From positions 60,686 through 124,685 of the forward strand of contig CAVSMN010000016.1 in the NCBI GenBank assembly GCA_963729045.1: a DNA stretch of 64,000 nt. The letters run 5' to 3'. Positions within the stretch are counted from its first letter, which is position 1. Each line of letters opens with the position of its first letter. This document shows positions 33,901 through 44,001 of the stretch, piece by piece. The translations under genes were made by a program, and so were the position numbers. Below the pieces are notes generated by a model, which saw only the letters and a list, made by a program, of their open reading frames with translations, ran no database searches and was not told where the DNA came from. Source of the DNA: an uncultured Nitrososphaeraceae archaeon. Its GTDB lineage: Archaea > Thermoproteota > Nitrososphaeria > Nitrososphaerales > Nitrososphaeraceae.

Positions 33901-34120
33901 TCATCTAAAACAAGTTTTGTACCTAAGGGATGGTATTTGCAATTGCGGTTCGGTTCAATCCTAGGAAGGGATAATACTGTCCCGTCGGTGTTAAATGATC
34001 AATATAATGGATGATAAACTAAAGGTAGTTTTTTCAAGAATAATTCTTGAAACCGTTCATGAGAGGCAGAATGGTACAATCATTTAGCAACTAACTACCT
34101 GTCGACTAATAAGAATTAGG

Positions 34121-34828
34121 TTAAATCGAAGGGGAAATATCAATTAGTTTTGAGATTTTGGAAAATGTCGATTCATTCATTTTGAGATTATTCATAATCG
34201 GAATTACACCCAATATAGGTAATTTTGTATATTCTCGGATAAATGTAGGAATTTCGGCTTCAATTTGGCTTGGATGATTGGGCATTTTATTTACTACTAT
34301 TCCTTTTATAGGTATACCACTTGATTGACAAATTTTTACATTAAGCAGTATATGATTAAATGTTCCTAGTTTCGGAGTTGCAACAATTATAACCCCAAGC
34401 TTTGTCAACTTGATAAAGTTTAGTAATGTATGCTTGTTGTTTAATGGCACCATTATTCCACCTATCCCCTCAACTAAGAGGTAGTCATATTTTTTCTGCA
34501 ATAATTTGTATTTCTTAATCGCATATCTTAATGATGGAGGTGGTAAATTTAACAAGGAGCTGGCCATATGCGGTGAACAAGGTAGAGGGTAAAAATACGG
34601 GTTCAAATTCTCTTGTTTTTCCTCGAATTTAATTGCCCTGGCCAAGATAGCTAGGTCTTTAGATCTGAACTTTTTTGAATACTCTGAAATTCCTGTAGCA
34701 AATGGTTTCATAACACAAATTTTGGTAATAATCTTGGAGAATTTCCATGCTAGAGAGGCAGTTATCAATGTTTTTCCAATTCCAGTATCAGTCCCAGTTA
34801 CAAAGATACCTTCGGACAAGTTACTCAA
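34121..34828 (-). CDS. bioD: Dethiobiotin synthetase
   Basis: TGTDTGIGKT, MKP, VEGIGG and LGTFNH motifs. Confidence 0.93.
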   Translation of the reverse strand: MSNLSEGIFVTGTDTGIGKTLITASLAWKFSKIITKICVMKPFATGISEYSKKFRSKDLAILARAIKFEEKQENLNPYFYPLPCSPHMASSLLNLPPPSLRYAIKKYKLLQKKYDYLLVEGIGGIMVPLNNKHTLLNFIKLTKLGVIIVATPKLGTFNHILLNVKICQSSGIPIKGIVVNKMPNHPSQIEAEIPTFIREYTKLPILGVIPIMNNLKMNESTFSKISKLIDISPSI

Positions 34829-35222
34829 TCATAAGATCAAGTCGGATTAAATAGTTTGCTAAGTATGAACAGTACTTCCATTTTAGATTCCATCTCATAT
34901 CATCTTATATCCCATACGGTATGGTAAATTACTTCGTCGCTAAATCCTCGTCTTTAACTCAAATCAAATTCATTAACGGAGGATGAATTTGGAAATTCAA
35001 ATGCAAAAAAATTGGAGAATGTTTAAAAAACAGACTCAGTGCTCTGACAATCCTTTTTGCCTATTTTGGGGTAGTCGACCTAAAACCAAATTTCAAAGGT
35101 AATCTATTATAATTGCCATGTCCTGTCAAAGAATTCTGAGAATAATTATTACATTTCCAATGAATCTGTTTAGATAGAAGGTTAAATCTATATTAAAAGA
35201 TGGTCATTTCAGTTATTAGATA

Positions 35223-35948
35223 TTGACAGGTAATATGATGGGGCAATTTACTGAAATTGAAAAGGAGATTTTTTACAAAATAATTCTCTCCCGTCGGGAC
35301 GTAAGGAGGAACTTTATTAGAAAGAAAATTAGTAATAAGGTTTTATTGAGGATTTTGACAGCCGCTCATCATGCTCCATCAGTCGGCTATTCACAACCAT
35401 GGAATTTTATCTTAATACGAGACAGAAACAGTCGTCTAAATATCAAAGAATCATTCTCCAAAGAGAGATTAAAATCAATTGAATTACTTGCAAAAGATAA
35501 AGAAAGGAAAAGGAAGTATTTAGATTTAAAATTAGAAGGAATTTTAGAATCTAATCTAAATATTTGCGTTACTTATGATCATAAACGGTTTGGACCTTAC
35601 GTAATAGGGAGAATGACTATAAAGGAAGCTGGGATTTATAGTGTTTGCTGTGCTATCCAAAATTTATGGCTTGCTGCACGAGCTGAAAATATAGGTGTTG
35701 GCTGGGTCAGCATCATCAACAATAAAGATCTCAAAAGAATTCTAAAACTCCCTTCTACTGTTAAACCGATAGCATATCTTTGCCTTGGATATGTAAAAAA
35801 GTTTGAAGTCGAACCAGATTTACAATCTCAAAACTGGCTAAGCAGACTCGATCTAGAAAAAGTCATAAATTATGAACAATGGGATGGTGGTAATAGTTGT
35901 ACTGATTGGAAAAGTTTCAACCAACGTTTGATTCGCAAAAATGCATAA
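35223..35948 (+). CDS. bluB: 5,6-dimethylbenzimidazole synthase
   Basis: RRDVR, APSVGYSQPW, LKLEGI and CAIQNLWLAARAENIGVGWVS motifs. Confidence 0.93.
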   Translation: MTGNMMGQFTEIEKEIFYKIILSRRDVRRNFIRKKISNKVLLRILTAAHHAPSVGYSQPWNFILIRDRNSRLNIKESFSKERLKSIELLAKDKERKRKYLDLKLEGILESNLNICVTYDHKRFGPYVIGRMTIKEAGIYSVCCAIQNLWLAARAENIGVGWVSIINNKDLKRILKLPSTVKPIAYLCLGYVKKFEVEPDLQSQNWLSRLDLEKVINYEQWDGGNSCTDWKSFNQRLIRKNA

Positions 35949-36217
35949 TCCTAACACTCCCGCAGGTTTGTAAGCCAGAGTAAATTATTGATCATCATCA
36001 AAAAAATCACATAGATTAATAATTCGATTTGAGGATCATTATTTATAAACCAGAGATAATATTAATCTATTTCGAGAAATCTTTCTAGGTTTTTTTGATT
36101 TTTGCAAATCAAGTGGTATTTATGCCAAGGTTAATTTAAATATTGCTAAGATACTGCATTATTGATAAATATTGTATGATCTTTAATAGATTTTACACGA
36201 TTAAGCATTGAAAATCC

Positions 36218-36225
36218 AAAAAAAA
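36218..36225 (-). terminator. Oligo-T terminator downstream of tRNA-Met
   Basis: T8 run on the minus strand starting 2 nt past the discriminator base. Confidence 0.6.
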
Positions 36226-36226
36226 G

Positions 36227-36301
36227 TGCCGGAGGCGGGATTTGAGCCCGCGACCTTTCGATTATGAGTCGAACGCTCTGACCAGGCTGAGCTACCCCGG
36301 C
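36227..36301 (-). tRNA. tRNA-Met(CAT), elongator type, intronless, CCA not encoded
   Basis: GCCGGGGTAGCTCAGCCTGGTCAGAGCGTTCGACTCATAATCGAAAGGTCGCGGGCTCAAATCCCGCCTCCGGCA folds as a cloverleaf. The G1-C72 pair and GCCGGGG start argue against initiator tRNA or Ile2. Confidence 0.93.
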
Positions 36302-36964
36302 AAGCCCAGCTCTGATATGTATAAGCAAATCAAATAAAATGTACGTATAATATATTCTAACCCATCCAGATAGTCTTTTTAATAACGAGCTAGAGCCTAG
36401 TTAATGTTGATTGGCTTGTAAGGAGATCCATGAACAAACTTCTAAAAAATATAGAAAAAGCGAGATTACGTAGAGGATTTAATATATCAAAATATTGTTA
36501 ATAGTTTAAAATGAGAAATAAGTAGGATAAATTGATCTTAATTCGATAATATATTTTCTCTCTGTACGTCCATTTAACGCTCAATCACCAATTCAAATTC
36601 TTTCTAATGGACAGAATAGTAATGGAGCAAGGGATATTTAATATTGCTCCTAATATGCGAAATAAGTTAAGTTTATCATATTCCTCTATCTTAGATTTTC
36701 TGTATGCCTTTGAAGATTTCTTAGGTATGAATGTTTTTGTAATTGACAAGAAAAAGTTAAGTGATTTCAGAGAAGACAATATTACAAAATATGAATCCTG
36801 CTCTCATTCTTCATTGCCTCTGCTGCTAAATCCCTGTGCTCCGAAGTTGGAATGTTTAGAACATCCATCCTCAAACATTAGGTCCCACTCATTTCTCGTG
36901 ATACCTTTGTACAAAGGGTCACCTTCCTCTTTAAATAGTGCAGCAAGTCTAAGTTATTCCACTA

Positions 36965-37459
36965 ATGTCATTTGAACCAGACGACGATCCTGTAAAGAGT
37001 AGCTCTACCGAGCACTATTCTAGAGTTGGATCAGGTATGGACTGGGCTATAGTATTGGGAGCCTCCTCTTCAATTTTCTTTGGGTTTTTCTTAGATATCA
37101 CAGTAAATCCTCCATCTTACTTCCAGTTATTTGACAACATAATTCTCTTAGCGGCACTTTACGCAGTAACAACAGCAACTGCCATGTTCATAATGCCTGT
37201 TGTTTATCATATGATGCACTATCGTAAGTTAGATGTGGATAAATATCTTTTAGCTGCAAAGAAATACACTCTGATAGGTATCATATGTATAATGCTTGCC
37301 ATGTATTTGGGTTTGGGTTTATCAATGAATTCCAAATTGCAGACTGAGTTTGCATATGGCTTGGCTTCATTGCCTTTTATCTTCGTTTTCTTTTTGTTCC
37401 TCAAGGCTAAAGCCATTAAAATAAGTTTGCTCTTTACGGAAGTTGGCTTATTCATATGA
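36965..37459 (+). CDS. DUF6328-like 4-TM membrane protein (one domain)
   Basis: IFFGFFL...ATAMFIMPVVYH pattern and four hydrophobic segments. Confidence 0.7.
   Translation: MSFEPDDDPVKSSSTEHYSRVGSGMDWAIVLGASSSIFFGFFLDITVNPPSYFQLFDNIILLAALYAVTTATAMFIMPVVYHMMHYRKLDVDKYLLAAKKYTLIGIICIMLAMYLGLGLSMNSKLQTEFAYGLASLPFIFVFFLFLKAKAIKISLLFTEVGLFI
37101..37381 (+). repeat. 281-bp direct repeat, copy 1
   Basis: Reads identical by eye to 38008-38288. Confidence 0.92.
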
Positions 37460-37871
37460 TATGATACTTTCACTGAAAATGATTCGAGTTTAGTCTTTAC
37501 CTCTATAACAGCATGTTTTGAGGGCAACTCATCTGATCAACAATATCTTATGATATCATAGAAAAAAATTCGAAAGAGAGCTGCATAGTGATTGGTGACA
37601 ACATACTTACGGATTATAGAGTTGGCACTGAGCTCCAGCTTTAGCTGCGAGAAAGGTCAGTATGACGCCAAATTAGTCACTGAATGTTTCTCAAGATCTA
37701 TTCTAGGAGGGGTGGGGTAACTACTACCCTATTCAATCATATACGATTTACTACAAATGCAAAACACAATCGTACTAATTTGTTTGGTAGTAATTATCTT
37801 AAGATCATCACAGTATCATAGCAAATGGTATAGTTTATATAATTACGTTATTGAAAGCAAAATGTAAACTT

Positions 37872-38780
37872 ATGTCTTCTCTTCCAGATGATGATCCGAT
37901 AAAAAGATCTTCTTCTGAGAAATATGACCGGGTTGGCGCATCTTTACGATGGTCCCAAATACTAGCGGCTGCATCGTCAATTTTCTTTGGTTTTCTGTTG
38001 AAGATTGCAGTAAATCCTCCATCTTACTTCCAGTTATTTGACAACATAATTCTCTTAGCGGCACTTTACGCAGTAACAACAGCAACTGCCATGTTCATAA
38101 TGCCTGTTGTTTATCATATGATGCACTATCGTAAGTTAGATGTGGATAAATATCTTTTAGCTGCAAAGAAATACACTCTGATAGGTATCATATGTATAAT
38201 GCTTGCCATGTATTTGGGTTTGGGTTTATCAATGAATTCCAAATTGCAGACTGAGTTTGCATATGGCTTGGCTTCATTGCCTTTTATCATTATTTTTGTA
38301 CGATTTTATAGATATTCACCTACTGTTATTATAGAGGGTACTTCTACGGAAGACTACGATAGAGTTGGTGCAGGTATGCGTTGGTCCCAAATACTAGCGG
38401 CTGCATCGTCAATTTTCTTTGGTTTTCTGTTGAATATCGCAGTAAATCCTCCATCTTACTTCCTATTATTTAACAACTTGATTCTCTTAGCGGCTCTTTA
38501 CGCAGTGGCTGCGGCAACAGTCATGTTTATTATGCCTGTTATTCATCACTTGACTCATTATCCTAAATTTGATGTAGAAAAATTTCTCCTGGTTACCAAG
38601 GAGTATGTTACTATAGGTATCATCTGTGTGATGTTAGCCATGTTTTTGGGTTTGGGTTTATCAATGAATTCCAAATTGCAGACTGAGTTTGCATATGGAG
38701 CAGCAACTTTACCCTTTATCGCTATAATGGTTTGGTTCTTGAGAAACAGACCCAAGATCGATACTAAAAATACCACATAA
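37872..38780 (+). CDS. DUF6328-like membrane protein with two tandem domains
   Basis: Two internal repeats of about 150 aa (YDRVG...WSQILAAASSIFFGFLL...MNSKLQTEFAYG). Confidence 0.75.
   Translation: MSSLPDDDPIKRSSSEKYDRVGASLRWSQILAAASSIFFGFLLKIAVNPPSYFQLFDNIILLAALYAVTTATAMFIMPVVYHMMHYRKLDVDKYLLAAKKYTLIGIICIMLAMYLGLGLSMNSKLQTEFAYGLASLPFIIIFVRFYRYSPTVIIEGTSTEDYDRVGAGMRWSQILAAASSIFFGFLLNIAVNPPSYFLLFNNLILLAALYAVAAATVMFIMPVIHHLTHYPKFDVEKFLLVTKEYVTIGIICVMLAMFLGLGLSMNSKLQTEFAYGAATLPFIAIMVWFLRNRPKIDTKNTT
38008..38288 (+). repeat. 281-bp direct repeat, copy 2
   Basis: Reads identical by eye to 37101-37381. Confidence 0.92.
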
Positions 38781-39069
38781 AGTCAATTTATTCTTGCCAG
38801 TATTCTAGTCATAATTTGACATTATCATGTATTTTGGACTACTTATTTCGATTGTAGCCCATCCTTTATTCATGTTGTCTGACTTCCATAGGCTCTGCTA
38901 GCTCGCAACATTACTTGTATTGATATCCAACAAATTAATTAATCCAATCTTGCTAAAGTTTCTGTTTAGAGATTATCATTCTCTAAGGAATCATGGTAAA
39001 TCCCAGTTATGTCCCTGATCTGCAAAAAATAATTTGACCAGGGTTGTCAAATATCCAATAATCACTAAC

Positions 39070-39516
39070 TTATGGCGTCACAGTTACAATGGTAGACATA
39101 GTTCCCTTTCCCTCCCCAATTTCAGATAAGTTTGTGGTAATAAATTCCCAAAATTTTTTCTCGAATGAGTGGGCTCGATAAGCTTCAATCGCAGCCACCG
39201 GAGCAGCAGCGATTCCAGCTGTTAAGGCACCTGCTATTACAGTAGGAACTACAATATCTTTACCCCACGCTCCAGTTCGGAGTACAATGTCGTAGTAAGG
39301 GGTTGCACTCTTGGCCCCGCTAATCATTATCTCCACGTCCCTTACATTTCCCACGATAACACTGGCCTTACCACCCTTGTGTGCCTTAAGGTCCAAATAT
39401 TCTTCGTCTTTTTCTTCATAAATAATTTCGAATTTAAGAGACTTAAGATATCCCTTTATCCGATCATAAAGTTCTGAAATCTGTACATCATACAGTGTGG
39501 CGTGTTCTTGTTTCAC
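39070..39516 (-). CDS. Hypothetical protein with an Ala/Gly-rich hydrophobic hairpin
   Basis: 148-aa ORF with a globular N-terminus and a VVPTVIAGALTAGIAAAPVAAI segment. Confidence 0.75.
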   Translation of the reverse strand: MKQEHATLYDVQISELYDRIKGYLKSLKFEIIYEEKDEEYLDLKAHKGGKASVIVGNVRDVEIMISGAKSATPYYDIVLRTGAWGKDIVVPTVIAGALTAGIAAAPVAAIEAYRAHSFEKKFWEFITTNLSEIGEGKGTMSTIVTVTP

Positions 39517-39848
39517 GAAATATGTTAGACTGATTACTTTTTAACTTTTTCTCCTTAGTATGATTGGTGTAATCGAGTTCAATCTGACCAAAATTATCTG
39601 GTCAAGCTGACCTAGTTTCTACCTCATCCTGATAACGATTCGCACGAATATTGTCCTTGACTATTGTTATGAATGGCGAAAAAGTTTTTATGGAGTTTGA
39701 CTGATATCCCAGAATGCGACTTTCAAGTATATTGCGTTAACAATCATTTGATAGGACCGAGAGTTTGTCGAATTGTCCCGTACAATTAAGGAACTAGAGC
39801 CTCCGATAGATTTTTAAGAATTATAAAACATGATTTTTTTATAGCGAA

Positions 39849-40754
39849 TTGGATTATGATATACCTATCAAGATTGCAGGCTTAAATTTAAAGAATCCAG
39901 TGATCGTGGCCTCAGGTATTTTGGGACTATCTCAAAGTATTTTTAATCGATTGTACAACATTGGTGCTGGGGCTATAGTTAGTAAATCGATTAGTTTGTT
40001 GCCTCGTGAGGGTTACAGAAATCCCACTATAGTAAGCGTAAATAACATGAGTTACATTAATGCAGTAGGACTTGCAAATCCGGGTGCAGAGTCGTTCTCA
40101 AAGGAAATTTCTAAGAATATTGGACCACTATTTGTAAGTTTGGTTGGGTCCGATAAGAGTGAATTCCCCGTCATCGCCAAAAAGTTTAATAATGTTAAAA
40201 TTTTGGGGTTTGAACTAAATTTGTCTTGTCCTCATGTAGAAAAAATGGGAATGGAAATCGGCGATGATCTTGATTTGGTCTATGATATTATCAAGTCAAT
40301 CAAGAAAGATACGGTAAAGCCGCTTTTTGTCAAAGTAGGTTTGGGAAAATCAGACATCATAGAAGTTGCTAAGACAGCTGAAAGTGCGGGTGCAGATGGA
40401 ATTACAGCTATTAATACCCTGAGGGCTATGAAGATAGACATTGAAACTCGATGCCCTGTCTTGGAGAATAAGATCGGTGGTCTTTCTGGAAGTGCTATAA
40501 GGCCTCTTGGGGTACGATGTGTTTATGAATTGAGTAAGAGTTTAAGAATTCCGATTATTGGATGTGGTGGGATAATGACATACGCGGATGCTATTGAATA
40601 CATGATGGCTGGAGCCTCGGCAATTCAGATAGGTAGTCTGATAGGATTGAAAGGAATAAATTCGATTGGGAAGATTGTTAGGGGTCTGCGCTCCTACTTA
40701 GAGGCTGCTAATATAATCGATATCAAGGAGATTGTTGGAATTGCCCACAGATAA
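39849..40754 (+). CDS. pyrD: Dihydroorotate dehydrogenase 1B catalytic subunit
   Basis: ASG, NAVGLANPG, ELNLSCPH, INT and GGLSG motifs. Confidence 0.95.
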   Translation: MDYDIPIKIAGLNLKNPVIVASGILGLSQSIFNRLYNIGAGAIVSKSISLLPREGYRNPTIVSVNNMSYINAVGLANPGAESFSKEISKNIGPLFVSLVGSDKSEFPVIAKKFNNVKILGFELNLSCPHVEKMGMEIGDDLDLVYDIIKSIKKDTVKPLFVKVGLGKSDIIEVAKTAESAGADGITAINTLRAMKIDIETRCPVLENKIGGLSGSAIRPLGVRCVYELSKSLRIPIIGCGGIMTYADAIEYMMAGASAIQIGSLIGLKGINSIGKIVRGLRSYLEAANIIDIKEIVGIAHR

Positions 40755-41565
40755 AAACTTGATGAGAACGGTAGTAATTGAAGACGTTGTCGTCGAGTCT
40801 CCCACTGTCAAGACATTTGTCTTTAAAGACTCTCTGGGGAGTGTATCAAGACCTGGACAGTTTTTTATGGTTTGGATACCTAGGAAAGAAGAACTCCCAC
40901 TAAGTGTAATGATAAGCGACAAGAAAAATTACGCTGCAATTACAATTAGAAAGAATGGCTACGGTTCTACTTCATTGTTTAATAAAGGTAGTGGAGATAG
41001 AATTGGAATTCGCGGACCATACGGGAATTCTTTCTCATTTGACAAAACTCATAAGAATATTATTTTTCTAGGTGGTGGCACTGGATTAGTCCCCCTCGTA
41101 AGGCTACTTTATTACGTTAAGAAACATCAATGTAGATTCACGTTCATTATAGGCGCTAAGACTAAATCTGAACTATTTTTTACTGAATTAATATCTAAAT
41201 GGGCTGAAGAAAAGAATATTGACTTGCTTATATCGACTGAAGACGGTTCCTATGGCAAGAAGGGATACCCTACTGATATTTTGAGAGATTTTCTCTTAAC
41301 TCACAATGATATTGATATCATTTACACTTGCGGACCCGAAATGATGATGAAAAAAGCATACGATCTCGCAATAAAGAATCATGTGCACATCGAGGCAAGC
41401 ATAGAAAGATATATGAAATGTGGGATTGGAATTTGTTCAAGTTGTTGTATAAACGACAAGCTGGTTTGTGTAGACGGAACTATTTTCAATGAGATAAAAA
41501 TTCAAAAACTTACCGAGTTCGGAGTTTGTTACAGGAATAAATCAGGTATACTTACCAAATTTTGA
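40732..41565 (+). CDS. pyrK: Dihydroorotate dehydrogenase electron-transfer subunit
   Basis: PGQF, RGPYG, GGGTG, CGPE and MKCGIGICSSC motifs. The start may be 40759 or 40762. Confidence 0.94.
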   Translation: MLELPTDKNLMRTVVIEDVVVESPTVKTFVFKDSLGSVSRPGQFFMVWIPRKEELPLSVMISDKKNYAAITIRKNGYGSTSLFNKGSGDRIGIRGPYGNSFSFDKTHKNIIFLGGGTGLVPLVRLLYYVKKHQCRFTFIIGAKTKSELFFTELISKWAEEKNIDLLISTEDGSYGKKGYPTDILRDFLLTHNDIDIIYTCGPEMMMKKAYDLAIKNHVHIEASIERYMKCGIGICSSCCINDKLVCVDGTIFNEIKIQKLTEFGVCYRNKSGILTKF

Positions 41566-41723
41566 AAGTAACTAAAAACAATGCCGCTTGATGTTAAAGG
41601 GGTCAAATAACTCTTAAAGTCCAGCTATGAAATAAGAATAAATCTGCAATCAGCACTGTACTTTGGATTTAAATTATGGACGTTCATGGTCCACTATAAA
41701 GTGAATGTTTTCTTGGAGAATAG

Positions 41724-41731
41724 TTTTATAT
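41724..41731 (+). promoter_or_regulatory. Putative TATA box of topoisomerase IB
   Basis: TTTTATAT about 27 nt upstream of TTG 41758. Confidence 0.45.
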
Positions 41732-41757
41732 TCTAAATCAAAATAATTTTATATAAA

Positions 41758-43494
41758 TTGTCTTCCATTTCGATTTCTTCTGATGATAAATATGATCAAA
41801 ATCGTGGAAATAGCAGCAACCAAAAATGGGTTACGCTTCATCACAACGGAGTATGCTTTCCTCCCGAATACATAGCCAAGAATTTGCCATTCAAAATCGA
41901 TAATCAGAATTACACACTAAATAAAGATCAAGAAGAATTAATCTATGCGTGGACAAAGAAGAAGGACACTCACTATGTGCAAGATCCTGTCTTCCAGCAA
42001 AATTTTTTGACAGATTTTAAGAAATTGCTGCCTAAAGATATCCAAAAGAGTATTCACGAAATAGATCAGTTAGACATGAGCGAATTTATGACTTTTGTTG
42101 ATAGTGAAAAGGCTACTAAGGAAAGAGACAAAATCGCGTGGGGTAATCTGTCACGAGAGGAAAGAAAAAAGATCGCATTAGAGAGAAAAAAAGAGAAGGA
42201 AAAACTAAGAAATTATTTTGGCAAGGCGGTGGTGGACGACATTGAGGTCGAAGTGGCAAATTGGTTAGTTGAACCTCCAGGGTTATTTATGGGCAGGGGA
42301 CAACATCCATTAAGGGGTAGATGGAAGCCTCGTGTCAAACCCGAAGACGTCATTCTCAATCTTGGTGAGGAGGCGGCAGTTCCAGAAGGACCATGGCAAA
42401 AAATAATTCATGATCATACCTCTACCTGGTTAGCATCTTGGATAGAGATGCTAACTGGAAAAAGAAAGTATGTTTGGCTACATGATTCATCTTTGATCCG
42501 TCAGAATTATGACAAGGCCAAATACGATAAGGCCCAAAACCTCGAAAAATATATTGACAAGATTGAACGGGAGATCGTGAAGAAAATGACATCAAAAGAT
42601 CGAAACCAGAGGAAAATTTCTACTGTATGTTATCTCATAATAAAAATGGCGATGAGAGTTGGTGATGAAAAAGACCCTGATGAAGCAGACACGGTGGGTG
42701 CAACAACCCTCAGAAAGGAACACTTAAAATTCAAGGAGATCGACGAGAAAAATAGAGTATTGGAGTTTAGTTTCCTTGGAAAGGACAGCGTCCCTTGGCA
42801 AAAATCTATTTTGGTTGATTCTGATGATAAATTACTTTTATTTAACAATCTGAGTCTTTTCATTAAAAACAAGAAGGAAACAGATCCTATTTTTGATAAC
42901 ATAAACTCAATGAAAGTAAATACTTTTCTGAGAAACATAGACCCTAAAAATGTACCCGGGCTTACTGCAAAAGTTTTTAGAACTTTTATTGCTACAAATA
43001 TAGTAAAGAAATCACTCAAAAGTCCACCAATAATAGTGAAGCCCGAATCTACGGAATCTGAAAAGCTTTATGTTGCCAAATATGCAAACTTGCAAGCTGC
43101 AATAACTTGTAATCATAAGAAGGGAGTAGATCCAAAAAATCCTGCAAGTATTACGGCAATTGCAAAATATGAAGAGTCTATGAAAAAGAAAATAGACCTT
43201 ATTAACAGCCTAAAGGCAGACTTAAAGGACAAGAATTGGAAAACTGAAAATCAGAAATCGAGATTGGTTGAAAGGGTGCAAAAGCTAGAATTCCAAGTAA
43301 GGTTACAGAAAGAGACAAGGGAATATAATTTAGGAACTTCTTTACGAAATTATATAGACCCCAGAGTGTTTCGCTCTTGGATGAATATTGTTGAATTGGA
43401 TTGGACCAAAATGTATACAAGTACCCTTCAGAGAAAGTTCCTATGGGTAGATAACGTTACAAAAAAGGAATTGAAAACAAACTTTGCTTTGTAA
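41758..43494 (+). CDS. DNA topoisomerase IB, eukaryote-like
   Basis: WxTLxHNG, EPPGLFMGRGQHP, RVGDEK, FLGKDS, AKVFRT, CNH and GTSLRNYIDPR (catalytic Tyr). Confidence 0.96.
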   Translation: MSSISISSDDKYDQNRGNSSNQKWVTLHHNGVCFPPEYIAKNLPFKIDNQNYTLNKDQEELIYAWTKKKDTHYVQDPVFQQNFLTDFKKLLPKDIQKSIHEIDQLDMSEFMTFVDSEKATKERDKIAWGNLSREERKKIALERKKEKEKLRNYFGKAVVDDIEVEVANWLVEPPGLFMGRGQHPLRGRWKPRVKPEDVILNLGEEAAVPEGPWQKIIHDHTSTWLASWIEMLTGKRKYVWLHDSSLIRQNYDKAKYDKAQNLEKYIDKIEREIVKKMTSKDRNQRKISTVCYLIIKMAMRVGDEKDPDEADTVGATTLRKEHLKFKEIDEKNRVLEFSFLGKDSVPWQKSILVDSDDKLLLFNNLSLFIKNKKETDPIFDNINSMKVNTFLRNIDPKNVPGLTAKVFRTFIATNIVKKSLKSPPIIVKPESTESEKLYVAKYANLQAAITCNHKKGVDPKNPASITAIAKYEESMKKKIDLINSLKADLKDKNWKTENQKSRLVERVQKLEFQVRLQKETREYNLGTSLRNYIDPRVFRSWMNIVELDWTKMYTSTLQRKFLWVDNVTKKELKTNFAL

Positions 43495-43533
43495 ACTGGC
43501 CCGATTAATTCGCCACATTCAGAAATTTCCCAA

Positions 43534-43990
43534 ATGATGAAATAAAGACTGCAACCTACATCCTCTCAACAGGGTCACGGCTATATGCAATACTAGTCGC
43601 AACGAGATACTTTTCATTAGGAACCAAGATACTAACCATGCAAACACCCTGAGTCTCCCTGGTGATTTTGTCAGATATGGCGAATTGGCTGAGGATGCTT
43701 TACGGAGATCCATCATGCAGCAAGCAGCACTTCGCATAGAACCCATTGAAATTTTAGGTATCTATTCAAATATCGACAACCAAAGTGGTTTGCACATTAT
43801 TGAATCTGTTTTCGTTTGTATTATTACAAATTTTCCTGAGATGGGAATGAATACAGGTTCTGATCAACATGTTTGGATGGACCGGGAACAAATTGAAGAA
43901 GCTAAAAAAAGTATTTACAATATTAAAATTATTAAAGACTATTATTCGTGGAGGATCCAAAAATCTACATTTTGGACCACCAAAATCTAA
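43534..43990 (+). CDS. NUDIX-fold protein with a degenerate Nudix box; probable +1 indel near 43540
   Basis: The frame is open from about 43541: ...EILFIRN...LSLPGDFVRYGELAEDALRRSIMQQAAL...LGIYS. ATGs at 43534 and 43537 are one base out of frame. Confidence 0.75.
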
Positions 43991-44001
43991 CATTTAAAAG
44001 A

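Noticed and set aside
33925..33995. GC-richer spacer with GGTTCAATCC and a small GGGA...TCCC hairpin
   Set aside because: No cloverleaf or other recognisable ncRNA structure.
36585..36975. ORFs 36607-36975 (+) and 36585-36779 (-)
   Set aside because: They overlap each other and show no motifs, so they cannot be supported.
39032..39604. Palindromes ATTTGAC-N7-GTCAAAT and TGACCA-N8-TGGTCA flanking the 39070 gene (also TTGTCC-N8-GGACAA near 8848)
   Set aside because: Arms of 6-7 bp with inconsistent spacers are expected by chance in AT-rich DNA.
36227..39800. tRNA-anchored integrative element
   Set aside because: The accessory genes lie on the tRNA's 5' side, with no integrase and no duplicated tRNA 3' end.
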